Positions 1-12,889 of a DNA stretch of 64,000 nucleotides are shown piece by piece. Where the stretch lies: positions 992,001 to 1,056,000 of the forward strand of contig JAUPSS010000002.1 of assembly GCA_040285825.1 (NCBI GenBank), given 5' to 3'. Source of the stretch: Eukaryota sp. TZLM1-RC (lineage: Eukaryota > Protista > Metamonada: BaSk clade). The translations under genes were made by a program, and so were the position numbers. The notes under the pieces were generated by a model. The model worked only from the letters and a program-made list of their open reading frames with translations. It was not told the DNA's origin and did no database searches. Each line of letters begins with the position of its first letter. Within the stretch, counting starts at the first letter, position 1.

Positions 1-619
1 TTTCTCCTACTTGGCTTGGATATTGTTCAGTTACACAGTCACGCTTTCGAAGACACAAAGACTAGAGCAGTTAACACTTGTCTGTTTCTAAATGCATTTC
101 AACAAACAATTGCAAGATATCTATTTGTTTAAGAATCTGTATATACACATAAATTTTCTTTATTTACCTCAACTGATTGGCTAATCAATAGGTTAATGAG
201 TAATAGGTAATTCTCAGTAATGGTCACAATACTTTTCACGTTGTGGATGTTTTTGGGACCAAGACAACAGTTTAAATCCTTCAATTTTAAGCAGCATCCA
301 TTAGTAATGAGCATCACAATTTTGATACTGAACAAAAGCATTGTTTTCTTTATTCTAAAACCGATATTCACCAAGCAGAACCAACAACAAACTCTCATTA
401 AATGCACTACTATGTGATATTATACAAAACTGTCGTAATTTATGATTCAAAAATAATTTATGTGATGAATAAAGTTCAATTGAAGAATTTCTGGCTGAAC
501 ATCTACATCAAATAATTCGTATTCTTGATGAAACGAGACTGCGCTTCTTCTATCATCATTTCCAATCTATTGTCGAAAAACCTCCATTAAAAAATGTAAA
601 AAAAGGAATAAATAAAACA

Positions 620-2800
620 ATGAAGGACCATGACAAGCGTACTTTGATTTCTAAGTGTGTTCACAATAACCACTTAGCTACTTTCAGAGGAACATCCTTC
701 CTTAAATTTTTTTTGCTGTGTCAATATGAAAATACTGAGTATAGGAAATTAGAGATTGATTTGATGAATGGTTGTGATTTTGATGCCTTTCAGATTAAGA
801 AACATTTTCTCCAAGCGAAACTGCGTATTTAATGCGTGGAGACGACTATGATGTGTATTTCGATTTTAATGATTTCTGAATTCAATTACCAGATTTAAGC
901 GCAATACTTTCCAAAGAATCAATTAAATTAGTTTTAAGGCGGATGTATGTTGAGAAATCAAACGAAAATATTTCAGATTTGGAATTAGCAAAGATTGAAG
1001 CTAAAATAGTAATTAAAGATATGGATATTTCGAATTACCCTTTGAAACAGAGAATTAGTTTTAATTACCTGAATTTTTTTATCCAATTGTACAAGCTCTT
1101 GAAAATGAGCTTGGTCAAAGAAAATTTCAATTTCCAGATAATAAATCAATGAATTGAGTTTCGCACTACACATCCAAACAAATTGCCATTAATTATGGCA
1201 ATAATCTAAGCAAGCACTTCCATGAATATATTTTGCGCTGGTTAAACATTATCACCTTGAAGAAGTTCCGACCAGAACAAATTCAGGAAAACCATTTGAA
1301 GAAAGAAGTATTGACTGAACTCAACAAAGTCAGGGAAGCCATTATCGGTGGAAACTTTGATGAACTTCCTATCAATGATCACATTGCTTTTCCTTTTCCC
1401 CAGTCAGAGTTGACTTTCAAGTTTTTTCCTTATGTGAAACATTGTTTAATTCCCACTTTTATTAAGGGTAAAAATCTTAATTATACTCAATCAGCCAAGC
1501 CATTGCAATTTTTCTCTCATGCTATAAATATTAACAGAAGCATTCAATCATTCTGTTCCCAGGATGGCAAACTTTTGTCAGTCAGTAATCCTTTTCCATT
1601 GACAACTACATTAATTCCACAGCATATAAGACTCGATGCTCATTGCCTCAATGAAATATTTAGCAAGTTCAAAGGGAGAGCAGATGACATCAGATCATCA
1701 GTTTTTACCGAAATACTAACTGATATGGGATTAGATTCATACAAACGTGAGACTAAAGGTTGCTTTCATTTGAAATTCTCCTCAAATGCAACAGACGGGA
1801 TTGCTTGTTCAGTGGTCTTAATTCGTAAAGACCTGGTTGATGAAAATGGGAATGTTTTCAAAAATTTTACTTCCAAAACGTACCCAGAACGATACATTCC
1901 TTGCTGAAAATGTCGAAAAGTTGAAGTTAAAAAAAGAAAAAAGAAAAAAGAAAATTGGAAAAATGGAAAGTACAATTACCTGATGGTGATTACTCAGGTC
2001 AGGATATTTTAAATCAATTTTCTTTATCTGTATCAAACAGACAACAAAAATCTTGTTTCAGTCAACATTTTGGTCATTACATCAAGGAATTTGAGCGATA
2101 CAATGTTCATATGAATATTTTTTACCAAGAAATATGGTTCAAAAAAAGAAAATTTCAAACGTATACGAATAATCAAAGAAGTGAAGAAAACATGTTGGAA
2201 AGATTCATATTGACCTTTGACTCCCCTGAAGACGTAGTTATTGGTTATGGTGACTGGAGCTCGAAAGAAAATACAAGGAAGGGAAAAAGGACAACCATAT
2301 GAGGAACCGAAATTCGCAAACTATTGAGAAAATTTGGTTATCGAATGATCCTAGTTGATGAATATAGAACGAGTAAATCTTGTTCTAGTTGTGCTGCCAA
2401 GGGAAATTTTGGAGAATGTGTCAACGATGCTGGTATTAAAGTGTTAGGTCCTAAGGGGAAACTACAACTTAAAAGAAAAGCAATAAAGTTAAAACAAGAA
2501 ATTGAATTATTTAATCAAAACAATCCTACTAGAAAAAAAGATTTTCAACAAGAATGAGATGAACAGAAGGATCTCTTGAACAATTGATCTCTTCTAATCT
2601 TGTGGAGCCAGATGTGGAAGATATTTGAAAGAGTCTCAGTCTATTGGTCCTGAATCAGGACTCCTGATCATCATGATTACTTTCATCAAATTGTAGACGT
2701 CGTGAGGCAAAAAAGACATCTTGCTCAAAACCTTCTTCAGCAAAAGACGGTGAAGAAAAGAAAGACGCATCGTGAACATCAGGAAGGTTGGATGAAGTTC
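620..2800 (+). pseudogene. Fanzor1 (TnpB-derived RNA-guided nuclease), frameshifted remnant
   Basis: Successive ORFs carry Fanzor1 motifs: FPLTTTLIPQHIRLD, TDGIACSVVLIRKDL, NQRSEENML..F..FDSPEDVVIGYGDW, LVDEYRTSKSCSSC (RuvC-II Glu and first CxxC). RuvC-I and RuvC-III are not recognisable; several stops and frameshifts. Confidence 0.85.
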
Positions 2801-3923
2801 TTGCACCAAGAATCTGGGTAAAAGAAATTAGAATTTTAATTGAATTTGTTTTTCTCTATAATTAATTTGTGATGATGTGAAAGATAAAGGTGACTTGTCA
2901 TAAATTCTCAAATATAAATTTTTATGATCACTATGAATGAATGTCTTCTTGAAATACAAGAAAATTGTGCATTGTGACTATGCCTAGAACAAATCAGTGG
3001 CAACATAATTAGAAAGTGTGCTCAAGTGATGGAAGTACAATTTTATTGTATGTACAAGCATCATGGAATTGAATCCATTTTGAAACAAATCGTGGAATCT
3101 GAAATGAGTTTCGCAGTGCAATGAAGAGATTTGATTTGTTCAATAATCTTGACAAATTCTATTCGCCATCATCAATTAATTGCCACTGTGTTTTTTAAAA
3201 ATTTTAAAAATTCTTGAACTTGAGTAAGTCAACAAGCAGATCCTGGCCGCAGAGGTAAACCTAGTGTAATGAAATTGATTCTATTAGTTCAATTTGTCAA
3301 ATGGTAAGTACAAACAAAACAGCATCTTTTGAGTGAAGATCAGTCATGTTGTTGAAGGGTTCACCCCACATCACAAAAACTGAAGGTCTCAAAAGATTGA
3401 CTAAAAATAGGTTCAAAATCTTCAGCAACCAATGAAATCTTCTGCTCATTAGACTTTAGAAGTTCATGTATATCAGGAGTAGGTTAGACTGGAGTAGATT
3501 AAGATTGGAGTGAGTTGATTCGTAGAGAGTGAACAAACGATACCAGAGGTGTAAGGGTGTATATTGACAACTGATGGTAATACAAGTGAAGACAGGAGGA
3601 ACATCTTCTATGGAGGAAAGATGAGTAGAAAGAGCGTAAAGAGGGCGAAGTAGAGAAACAAGGTAATAATTAGTATTCAGATGTCTAGTTTCAAGACAAG
3701 AAGGACAGCTGAAAGGGGTGACGCAGCAGAAGTTGTTGGAGCAGCTTGGTATGGACGATGTGCAATAGACTCGAGTTTAGACTCATGAATAGCCAGTAGT
3801 GCCTCTACAGACTGTCTTTTGTTAGTCTATTTTATGGGATCCAATGTTTTATAGTCAATGTGTCAAAATAGGAATTAAAATGTAAAACTTTACGAATTTT
3901 TTCACAACCTATTCACAACTTCT

Positions 3924-6900
3924 ATGTCTCGAAGTGAACAACTCACTTTGAGTGATTATCATATAGGAGACCAAATTCATAAAAGTGATTCTTCAATTGT
4001 TTATAAAGGAAGAGTCTCCAAAAGTTTACGTTATGTTGCTGTTAAAAAGTTCTCTAAAGAGCGTCGTGGAAGGGTAAGAAGTGAAGTTTTCACCCTGGAA
4101 AACCTTCCACAACACACCCACATAGTAAAGTTTTACTCCTTTCACGAGACTCCCAATCATCTCTGGATAGTGACAGAGTATTGTGCTGGTGGAGATCTTG
4201 ATACAGTCATTACAAAAGATCTTTCACTTCCTGAATCTACAATCCAATCGTTCTGCCATCAACTTCTCTCTCCTTTGTCCCACATTCATTCTAATGGTTT
4301 CATCCTGGGTTCCCTTACCCCTTCCAACATTGTTTTTGATGTCGACGGTCTATTAAAGATTGGAGACTTTGGGACCGCCGCACCACATCCCCCTTCAAAA
4401 CCACTCTCTTATCCTTCCTCCTCAGTCGCTTTCATGGCCCCTGAGGTTATTTCTGGAAAGCTTGTAGGATTTCAATCAGATTTATGGTCTTTGGGAATGG
4501 TTCTTTTAAAATGTGCTCTAGGTAGATTGCCCAGTTGCTTTTTTAATCCATCAAGTACAAGTGATTTGGTAACTGGCCACTTAATTAAAGAATTAGAAGG
4601 AAAGTATTCAGAGAACTTTACAGATTTTTTAACAAAGTTATTGGAAATTAATCCAAAAAATAGAATTAATTGGGCAGAGTTAATCAATCACGACTTCATT
4701 AGACAGGATTTAGTAAAAGATTTGATTATTCCAAATATAGTAGAAGAAAATGTTGAAATTTCATTGAATGAACCTGAACCTATTCTTTCTTATAAGGATT
4801 TTGAGAAAGTCTTGAGGATTCCTGTTGACTGTTCTGCCACTGCATTGACTTCAACCACAGTCAATCAATCAGAGCTGAATCTGGAAGACGATTTCCCTGC
4901 TGATTTTGATCAAAACCCTTCTAGTGTTGTTAAATGGCTGAGTAATCTCTCAAGACAACTCAATCAAAATGATGTCAAATCAAGGGGTTTGATTGCAAGA
5001 ATTTTATCAAAAAGGATACGACTGCATGAATCAATAGCAAACCAAGTCTCTACGTCTGACTTGTTTCTCAAAATTGTAAATATTCTGGTTCACACTTCCA
5101 ATCAATCACTTTCAATCAAACTGCTTGATACGATTGCAATCACTATACGCTATTGTGCTCACCTTGTTTTGAACATTATTACTCCGAAAGACCAATCATT
5201 TCTGATTGATCACGTTTCCAGTCTCGCTCTTTCTCCATGCCCAAGTTGCAACAACTCCTCCCAGTCCAATGACCACCTAACCCAGCAAAGATTGGCAGTG
5301 AATGTCCTTGGAGAGTTGGTTTTCTTTTTAATAATGCAACTGGCCGACGATGACAAGCCAAAGGAAAGTGAGTATAAGATTTTGGTTAAAGCAGTCGAAT
5401 CCATTGTAGGTGTTTTAATTAAGGTTGTGTCCCGAGCTACTCTTCCCTCTGATGACTCATCATTGGCTGTCAAGGTCAAAAAGAACACGTGTACATCCTG
5501 TTATGATGATAATTGTTTAGTTTTAGCTTCACGAGCACTAAGCAATGTGGTTCCTTTGTTGGGAGAATTGTTCTACTTGGTTGATGATGAAGTTTTCCTT
5601 CAGGTCCTGGCATTCATCGGAACATCGACACAGTCTTCATTGGTCAAGCAATCGGTCTTTGTTTGTCTTTCCAGGATTGTTGTTTGGTTCCCTGCCTCAA
5701 TTGTTTCGTTTTTTAATGCATTTCCCTTGTTAATTCCCTCTTGCTTAAAGTCTTTGGGCTCCAGTAGCTCTCTTACACCAATCGCCAATCTTACCATTGC
5801 TTGGTTGCTTGTTTCAAAGTCTCTAGATGAACAACATTCACTTAGAAGCGACAAGAAAGTTTTGGGGAAAGTTCATGGTTTGTTTAAATCTGAAGATGAT
5901 TGGCTTAAGGGAAAAGCTTCACTAGTTGTTTCGTTGTTGGTTTGTCCAGATGTTCAGTTCAACTCTGACGTTAAGGACATTTCTCATTTTGATTATAGGT
6001 CATTGCTTTATTTAATTGAAAAATTGGAATTATTGAGTGATTTAAATGGAGCACTCAGTCTTGACGAATCGATCTGTAACACGTCATTGGTCAACTGTAG
6101 TCAAGATAATATTGACCTACCTGCCGTATACTCCTCTCCCACCTCTTTTGCATCTTATTGTGCGAGGCTTTGTCTTAAAACTATTTCGCTTGCTCTATCA
6201 AATGCTATAGGTCTTGTTCAGTCAATGATTAATTCAATCATTTCTGACCCCGAACACGTAACACTTGCCGTTTTGAGAAAGTGTTTCTCTCTATGCTCAT
6301 TGCTTGAGAGATCACTTCAATTCAGTAAAGATTCACTGGTCCAATTGGTATCTGTGGAGTTTGTTGAGAGGTTTCCTTTGGTTTTAGAATTTTTGATATT
6401 CATTCATTATTACGAGGACTCTGCGATTACTCATGCAGTCATTGCTGTCAAAAGATCTTTATTAAAAACACTTGAAGTCTTGTGTAATTCTGGTGCTCTC
6501 ACTGAATTAATACCAAATATCTATATCTCCGTTTTAATGCCTGTAATGGCTACTTTAATTTTAAAATCTATTTCTCATTATAATGAAATTGCTGATGATT
6601 CGCAGAGAAATGTTGCTCCTCACTTGCTACGCTTATTGACTGAGTTGTGCATTAATTTGTTTAAACCCGATGCCAGTAGCCCCAAATCAGCCTCAACACC
6701 AATTCCAACGTTGAGTAGGTTGTCAATGGAGTCAAAAAAGCTTGTAGAACGATCTGTTGAAGACTACATTCTGCCAATCTTCCCGTTTTCCTTCAAAATT
6801 GATCCATTGGTTTTATCGTCTGTGAAGATGGCCAGTATCTTAGCATTATTGTCAAGTGATTGGGCCAGAAAGGTCATATCACGTGGAATATTGACCTTTG

Positions 6901-7274
6901 CCGTTAGTTATTTAGATCTTTCTTCTCCTAATAACAATATCCACAATATGCGGTTGGTTGCTGCATTATTACCCCAGATCACCCAAAGCCAATTAGGCAC
7001 TCTTTTGCAGGGTAACATTGGGGCTAAGATTGCTGATATTGTACAGTTTGTATCTAAAACTAGAAAGACTTCGAATAATCCTCAGGTTGAATTATTTGTC
7101 CAACCAACAGTAGAAATCATTTATAATTTAATTCAACTTTATAAAAGTAAACCAGAAAATACATTGGATTTAATTAAACTTATTGCGAGTGAAGAGTGTC
7201 TCGAGGCTTTAAGGGATATAGGAAATTCAGAATTAGTGCAAGAAATAGAGCTAATATCATCAGAAATCAATTAA
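3924..7274 (+). CDS. ULK4: ULK4/RUNKEL-like pseudokinase with C-terminal helical (HEAT/ARM-like) region
   Basis: 1116-aa ORF. N-terminal kinase fold VYKGR..YVAVKK, HIVKFYSFHETPNHLWIVTEYCAGGDL, DFG, APE. Catalytic-loop Asp absent (ILGSLTPSN). Long Leu-rich helical tail. Confidence 0.85.
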   Translation: MSRSEQLTLSDYHIGDQIHKSDSSIVYKGRVSKSLRYVAVKKFSKERRGRVRSEVFTLENLPQHTHIVKFYSFHETPNHLWIVTEYCAGGDLDTVITKDLSLPESTIQSFCHQLLSPLSHIHSNGFILGSLTPSNIVFDVDGLLKIGDFGTAAPHPPSKPLSYPSSSVAFMAPEVISGKLVGFQSDLWSLGMVLLKCALGRLPSCFFNPSSTSDLVTGHLIKELEGKYSENFTDFLTKLLEINPKNRINWAELINHDFIRQDLVKDLIIPNIVEENVEISLNEPEPILSYKDFEKVLRIPVDCSATALTSTTVNQSELNLEDDFPADFDQNPSSVVKWLSNLSRQLNQNDVKSRGLIARILSKRIRLHESIANQVSTSDLFLKIVNILVHTSNQSLSIKLLDTIAITIRYCAHLVLNIITPKDQSFLIDHVSSLALSPCPSCNNSSQSNDHLTQQRLAVNVLGELVFFLIMQLADDDKPKESEYKILVKAVESIVGVLIKVVSRATLPSDDSSLAVKVKKNTCTSCYDDNCLVLASRALSNVVPLLGELFYLVDDEVFLQVLAFIGTSTQSSLVKQSVFVCLSRIVVWFPASIVSFFNAFPLLIPSCLKSLGSSSSLTPIANLTIAWLLVSKSLDEQHSLRSDKKVLGKVHGLFKSEDDWLKGKASLVVSLLVCPDVQFNSDVKDISHFDYRSLLYLIEKLELLSDLNGALSLDESICNTSLVNCSQDNIDLPAVYSSPTSFASYCARLCLKTISLALSNAIGLVQSMINSIISDPEHVTLAVLRKCFSLCSLLERSLQFSKDSLVQLVSVEFVERFPLVLEFLIFIHYYEDSAITHAVIAVKRSLLKTLEVLCNSGALTELIPNIYISVLMPVMATLILKSISHYNEIADDSQRNVAPHLLRLLTELCINLFKPDASSPKSASTPIPTLSRLSMESKKLVERSVEDYILPIFPFSFKIDPLVLSSVKMASILALLSSDWARKVISRGILTFAVSYLDLSSPNNNIHNMRLVAALLPQITQSQLGTLLQGNIGAKIADIVQFVSKTRKTSNNPQVELFVQPTVEIIYNLIQLYKSKPENTLDLIKLIASEECLEALRDIGNSELVQEIELISSEIN

Positions 7275-7292
7275 ATCAAAAACAAAAATATA

Positions 7293-8648
7293 TCAACTAA
7301 AAAAATCTCTATTTCTTGCACTTTCTAATATTTTTCTGGCTTCCGTTTTAGTTCTGGGAGTTTTTAATCGCTTTCCTAAACTGAAAACGGAAGGTGCTGA
7401 ATCCGTAATCATTGGTGATGGGCAAGGATTTCGATATAGTGCTTTAATTAAGTTTTCTGCTGTTGAAGTGTCGACAAATCGATCAATTTGTAATTTATGG
7501 TGAGGAAAATCTTTTTTTGGTTCAATAAACTCAAATTTACGCAGAACTACTTTGGAAATTTTGAAAAAATTAGGAATTTCGTTCCAGAAGTCATACACGT
7601 TTCGCTGAACAACTTTCAAAAAAGGACAGTCGAGTTCTTTATACAATTGGTAGATATGAACACTCCAAAAATGGAGATCAATGGAATAGTCTGTGTTAGA
7701 TATAAAATGTTTTGTCACAAACCAAGATAAAGAATCAATTTCAGAATTAAAAGTGATTTTGGCTATTATAGCAGAATTCGTTGGTTGAAAAACATGATAA
7801 TTCGGCAGTTTGGTTGAATGTGAATTATAAACCACTAAACAAACGCCACTATCAACATCGGGTTGATTGACATGATCTTGTAAATGCAAAACATTAATTT
7901 TAACAGTAAAACACCCAATGTAAACATCTCCACTATCTCTGGTTGAATACAGGTCACACAAATTACCACCGAAAACAAGCCCTGTATAGTTACCATTCAC
8001 TGTGACACTAGAAAGATTTGGAAACGGTGTGGAAGGAATGATGTCACTGGCAAAGGGGACAGAATAGGCAAGGAAACTAAAAGAAGAATCTTCAGTTTCC
8101 ATGCCAAGAATGAAAAACGACCAAATACATATTAAATAAACATGCCATTTGAGTAAATTGTCTAAATCGGAACCTAAAAGCTTTTTTGCATCAATCAAGC
8201 AGAAATCTTTTAATGGTCTTAAATAAGCAAAATTGGAAAGAGAAAAGCTGGTCACATCAATAGAGTGTAACGCTCTGGACAGCAAAGGGATCGCAGGGAG
8301 ATTTAAAGGAATAGGAAGGTGTAGTGAACAGATTAGAATACCAACAGCGTTGAGGCATTGAGCGTGGTTGAGTTCCCGGAAGATGTTGGGACGTAGATTT
8401 AACTGAGAACCAATGAATTCAAGGATACTTAAACGTCTACACAGATGATTAGGTGAAGGAGACCAAAACTCAGCAGACAGGTGAGACCATCTGGACGATA
8501 CATCCTCAAGATCCACTGTCAAGGGGATTATTGTAAGTGGTCCATCATCATTTTCGAGCAATGATGAAGATGGTTTGACAGATTTTTGAGATGTGTAGGT
8601 AGGTCTGATTCTATGCGGTCTACCTAAGGGTGGGGCTTTTGTAAACAT
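7293..8648 (-). CDS. hypothetical protein (~450 aa)
   Basis: Long open frame convergent with ULK4. Likely start MFTKAPP at 8648, since the upstream part of the ORF is very AT-rich. No recognised domain. Confidence 0.7.
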   Translation of the reverse strand: MFTKAPPLGRPHRIRPTYTSQKSVKPSSSLLENDDGPLTIIPLTVDLEDVSSRWSHLSAEFWSPSPNHLCRRLSILEFIGSQLNLRPNIFRELNHAQCLNAVGILICSLHLPIPLNLPAIPLLSRALHSIDVTSFSLSNFAYLRPLKDFCLIDAKKLLGSDLDNLLKWHVYLICIWSFFILGMETEDSSFSFLAYSVPFASDIIPSTPFPNLSSVTVNGNYTGLVFGGNLCDLYSTRDSGDVYIGCFTVKINVLHLQDHVNQPDVDSGVCLVVYNSHSTKLPNYHVFQPTNSAIIAKITFNSEIDSLSWFVTKHFISNTDYSIDLHFWSVHIYQLYKELDCPFLKVVQRNVYDFWNEIPNFFKISKVVLRKFEFIEPKKDFPHHKLQIDRFVDTSTAENLIKALYRNPCPSPMITDSAPSVFSLGKRLKTPRTKTEARKILESARNRDFFS

Positions 8649-9859
8649 GCATAAACGCTTCAAACAAGTTAAATAATTAATTAATTGAAATTGCTTTCTG
8701 ATGTTTTCCCTTGACAAAACATATTTCTTCACGTACATGGAAAATACAAATACACTGTATTTATTGTATTTTTGTTTTTTCAGAGTCCTATAAATGCTTG
8801 TATTTCTGTATTTTTGCAGCACTGTCTAGAAATGTTCAAGCTTGTAGATCCCTTATTGAAACTTGCGTTATAATTACTAACAATAAAACTATTATCTATT
8901 AAAACATGATTACAGTGTCATTCATAAATTCCTATCTCTGCCATCCTCTTCTCCTTCTGTCTACTCTCCATCACCCAATAAGACTTCTCCCATTGACTTT
9001 ACCATAAAAGTTTCCAGAACTAAAAATCCTCTCTGGGATATGGTTGCATCACGCAACACGAAAACCTCTTCTCAATTTGACTTGTACAGCTTTGGATGTG
9101 CGTCAATCTTTCTCAACCGCAACACATCTCGCTTTTCCTCCGAACATCTTCTCACTTGCAAAGGATTCATTGGCACTAAAAAACTGAATTTATTAAAGGC
9201 CTTTATCGCCAAAAAGGAAAAGGCAAAAGAATCAAGGACAGCTGCACAAACGGCGCGAAATTCACTAATCAGAGAGATCATATTTCAGAAAACACACGCT
9301 TCTGACGATACTGATGATGAAAAAAAGAAGCAAAACTATTTTTTCCTGAACGTCAGTGGAAAGACGAACTGGAAATGCTTTCGCCTTTGCTTTTACAACG
9401 ACTGCAGCTCCTCGCTCAGTTTTGAACAATTCTCAATGGAAATATGCCATGCAATTGTTTGCTGATGTCCACAGAAGAACAGATGTCTCAAAGGATTATA
9501 CTGTACCAAGATGACATTCTTTGTCAAACAAATACATTTTTTATATTGCTGATAAAATAATGACCAATGTAGAAAGAAAACTTGTCCCTTCTATCCTTTC
9601 ATTTGGTGTAAAAATCAGTATTGATCGGTACTCCACTAAAATGGAGCCTTTATACAACAATATCCTTTCAGCAAATGGCTATTCCTTTTTTCTGATTTTC
9701 GTTCTCCAGGGTGATGCAACAGCTGACGCTCAGTTTATGGCCAGAATTGTTGCTCTTTCTATCGATAAGATTAAATCCATGTTACCTGAAAAAGAAGAAA
9801 AAAGAACAAAGAAGGAAAAGTCATCCCAACTTCAATATTGTAATATAATAATATAATAG

Positions 9860-9948
9860 TATTGTTACTTATTTGATTACACTAAAAATAATAATAATAT
9901 ATTATATTATATTAATAATATTGTTACTTATTTGATTACACTAAAAAT
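9860..9948. repeat. 30-bp direct repeat, 2 copies
   Basis: TATTGTTACTTATTTGATTACACTAAAAAT at 9860-9889 and 9919-9948. Confidence 0.85.
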
Positions 9949-10049
9949 TCTAACAATAAATTGCATTGTTTTCTTCAAGTGTTTAACAAAGAAAGAAAAG
10001 TTTTGCATGTTTTAAGTAAGCCTGCATACTTATCTTGTTGAAAACAGCT

Positions 10050-11730
10050 GAAGCTCACTTTGCTACATGCTCTGAATTGTTCAAAATTGATAACTTATCG
10101 TTCTTCATTACATGATGCTATTAGAGACACTGTGTTTAATATGGCACGAACTGCAAAAATTTCGTGTATCAAAAAGCCTCTGCTGAAGGAAACTCTGTCA
10201 TTGAACAATTGTGGTTCTGATGATAGAGGTGATGTATACTGTGATTGGAATGAGAACTCTGAAGCTGTTGTTGACTGCGTCTCATGTAATGTTGCAAATG
10301 ACACTTTGGTTTAAAGAAGAAAACTTAATTCTGTAAGTGCTCTTGAATTTAAAGCTAAAGAAAAACATAGAAAATAGGGATAAATTCATTTTCCACATTT
10401 TTCTTCAAAATGGAGCAAAATCCACACACTTTCATCAAAAGACTTCACAATCCACACAGAAACTCTAAAAACATCAATATCCACACAATCTTGTTTATTA
10501 GCTATTCTTTATCTTTGTTGGGACATCCTCTTGCGTTATGTCCTTCGACACCACATACTTTACATGTGTACTTGCGTCGTTGTATGGGCTCTGGTTCAAC
10601 TGCATCAGTAAACTTCTCGCTACGGCTGTTGGGTCCTCTTGGTTCATTATTTCTCCTCTTCCTAACGACTCCTGGTCTTCCTGCTCGTGCTGTAGGAATT
10701 GGAGGTTGAGTTAGTATATCTGATTCGACTTGTCTTCTAGCGTCTGCTTCACAACCGAATGAAGTTTTATGTCGTCCACTGAGAGTATTCTTCCACTGTA
10801 AGTTTTGAGAAATCTGTGTGTTGAATGAAGTTCAAAACACAATTCAACACCTCTACTTCTTTTTGCTGAAAGAAGTACGAGTAAATGCACACACGGAATC
10901 CCTTCTTTTTCCAAAGCTCCACATGAGCATTCGTTGGAATCCACATTGACAGTAAATACAGTGCCGTTTTCTCTCACTTCTAATTCAGCTTAGTCCAATG
11001 CCACAGCTTTTAAATCTCGAGATTGTAACAGTCTCTGTTCCAGAATATCATTTGCTCTGCAGACAATAGTTGATGATAAGTTTCGTGCTTTTTTTCTTCT
11101 CGTAATAAACCATCTCGCCAACATTGACCTAATCAATTCAAACATATGTACAATTGGAAGCTGACGAGCTTCTGCAATGCACGCATTTACACATTCAACT
11201 ATGTTGCTGGTAACATGACCACATCTGTTCCCTGGAAATTGATATTCAACCCAATGGTGTGGTTCAGCATCGTTTCTAAGACGTTTAAGATCAATGTTCA
11301 TAGGAAATGTGGATTGTGTTGTGAATCTATGAAAGTGTGTGAATTTTGTTTTGCAAGTGTGGATTTTGGAGTTTTCCCTGGAAAAATATGACAAAGATAT
11401 CGAAGAAACTATTGCTGATAGAAATAGACCACTTGTTGTTATTGCTTTCCCATTTTCGATAAACGGAAGACTATCAGTAGAAGCAGGAACTTGTGTGAAT
11501 GATTTCCAAAAAATGGTTCAAGTAAAAACAATGAAAAGATTTGATATTTTTTTATGGCGGTCTCGGATACAATTTGCCATTATTTATAGATTACCTCGGT
11601 TTTTCAATCGAATTAGAGAAGCTTTAGCTAGACAGCAAGCAGATCAAGATTTTGTAGAGTAGTTCTTGGTTCATTGAATTTCGTCCCATTAGTTATGAAT
11701 TAATTTAATTAAGTGTGCAAGATGAATAAA
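10050..11730 (+). mobile_element. CRE-clade non-LTR retrotransposon family A, 3' fragment split by a MULE insertion
   Basis: HALNCSKLITYRSSLHDAIRD...DDRGDVYCDW before 10376 and KYDKDIEE...RQQADQDFVE after 11379. Near-identical to the 23525-25051 and 35712-36386 ORFs. Confidence 0.9.
10377..11378 (-). mobile_element. internally deleted MULE/Mutator DNA transposon carrying the transposase C-terminus
   Basis: GHVTSNIVECVN (MULE catalytic-Glu motif), SWIM finger CSCG..GIPCVH, zinc knuckle CKVCGVEGHNARGCP. Imperfect ~80-bp GGG-initiated TIRs sharing CAAAAT(C/T)CACACACTTTCAT. Flanks TAGAAAATA and TGGAAAAATA resemble a 9-bp TSD. Confidence 0.85.
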
Positions 11731-11769
11731 AAAACCATGTTTGTTGATCAAATAACGATAAAAAACAAT

Positions 11770-12880
11770 CAAATACACAACTGAAGTTCCAAATCCTCAA
11801 AACCTGCCTCTCCTACATCGAAACAGTTAATAGCTAAAGATTCAGAAAATGTACCAAAAGAAGAAGGTGAATCAGCAATTAATTTCACCATTCCCTTACA
11901 AAAAAAGTATTATAATGGTCAATAGACTTGTGATTTAAAACTGTGAAGCTTCCATTTAAGCCAAGAACAACCAAATTACCTCTTGTCAGACTCATAGAAG
12001 CTCTGTTGTAGCGCGTACTATCAACATTGGAGTCTTCAAGAATTAATTTTTGATAGCAAAGGCTCTGAAAGTAATCTACCCGATATGACTTGCACATTAC
12101 ATAAATTTGGTCCCTAACATTATTATGGACTTTACTTCTGAATGTGATAAAATGGTTACAGTTCAAGAGATGAGTAAACAAAAGAGGTTTACCACATTTT
12201 AATGTTTAATGATTATGCAAATTGTTTGGTCATAAAGAACAACGAAAGCGCATGTTTACAAACCATTCATTCTATTAAAAAAGGTTCATTAATTGAGGAA
12301 ATTTGGTTAGCTAAAGCAGCAGCGGAACTATTCCGAATGCCTTTAATATTTTCCCAAAGCAGAATTTTCAGTTTTGGCTAAACCAAGTCTTACTTCATAA
12401 TCCAAGCTTTCACAAAATTTGACCAGATGCTGCTGAAGCTTTTTTTAGGCAAAAACGTAAATTTGGGAGCGACTGGTGTGGAATTTCTCGAACATTCTGA
12501 GAAAACTGAATCGAAATATCACTTGGTAGGTTATTTAATTCTAATTGTAGTTGATTTAAGCAAAAATAAAATATTTACCGCCTTCTAAAAATTCTGCATT
12601 ACACAAAATCGAAGAAGTGGTGATAATAATTCCACCCAAATCAGTAGAAAAAAATAAATGACTTCAAATCAAAGAGTAATTCACTTCTAAAAAAGAAGAA
12701 AATAAATTTGACCCGAAGTTTGTGGAAAGTTATGCAAAAATTAAGAGATACCGAGGGGTGAGTTGACCTTAAAATATGAGTGACTATTGCAGAATAACAT
12801 ACTTTTAAATCAAAATATCTGATGTGTTTTTCAATGTCACATTTAGTAATAAAACTAAGATCCTTGTCAACCTTCTTCAA
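11770..12880 (-). mobile_element. CRE-clade retrotransposon family B, degenerate
   Basis: FTHLLNCNHFITFRSKVHNNVRD matches the 47139-47903 ORF. DIEKHIRYFDLKVCYSAIVTHILRST matches the post-RT region of the 56937 ORF. Confidence 0.85.
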
Positions 12881-12889
12881 TAAATTGTT

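Noticed and set aside
129-407. RNase H-like CVYTDS motif on the minus strand, head-to-head with the first Fanzor
   Set aside because: A single short motif in a broken frame is not enough to call a retroelement.
3240-3800. Decayed CRE N-terminal region (ISLVAEDF versus VSLVVKDF)
   Set aside because: Similarity is too short and the frames are riddled with stops.
8990-9856. Two plus-strand ORFs as a gene
   Set aside because: They are fragmented and have no recognisable domain; probably TE debris.
9860-9948. CRISPR-like repeat-spacer-repeat
   Set aside because: Only two AT-rich copies with a low-complexity spacer, in a eukaryotic context with no cas genes.
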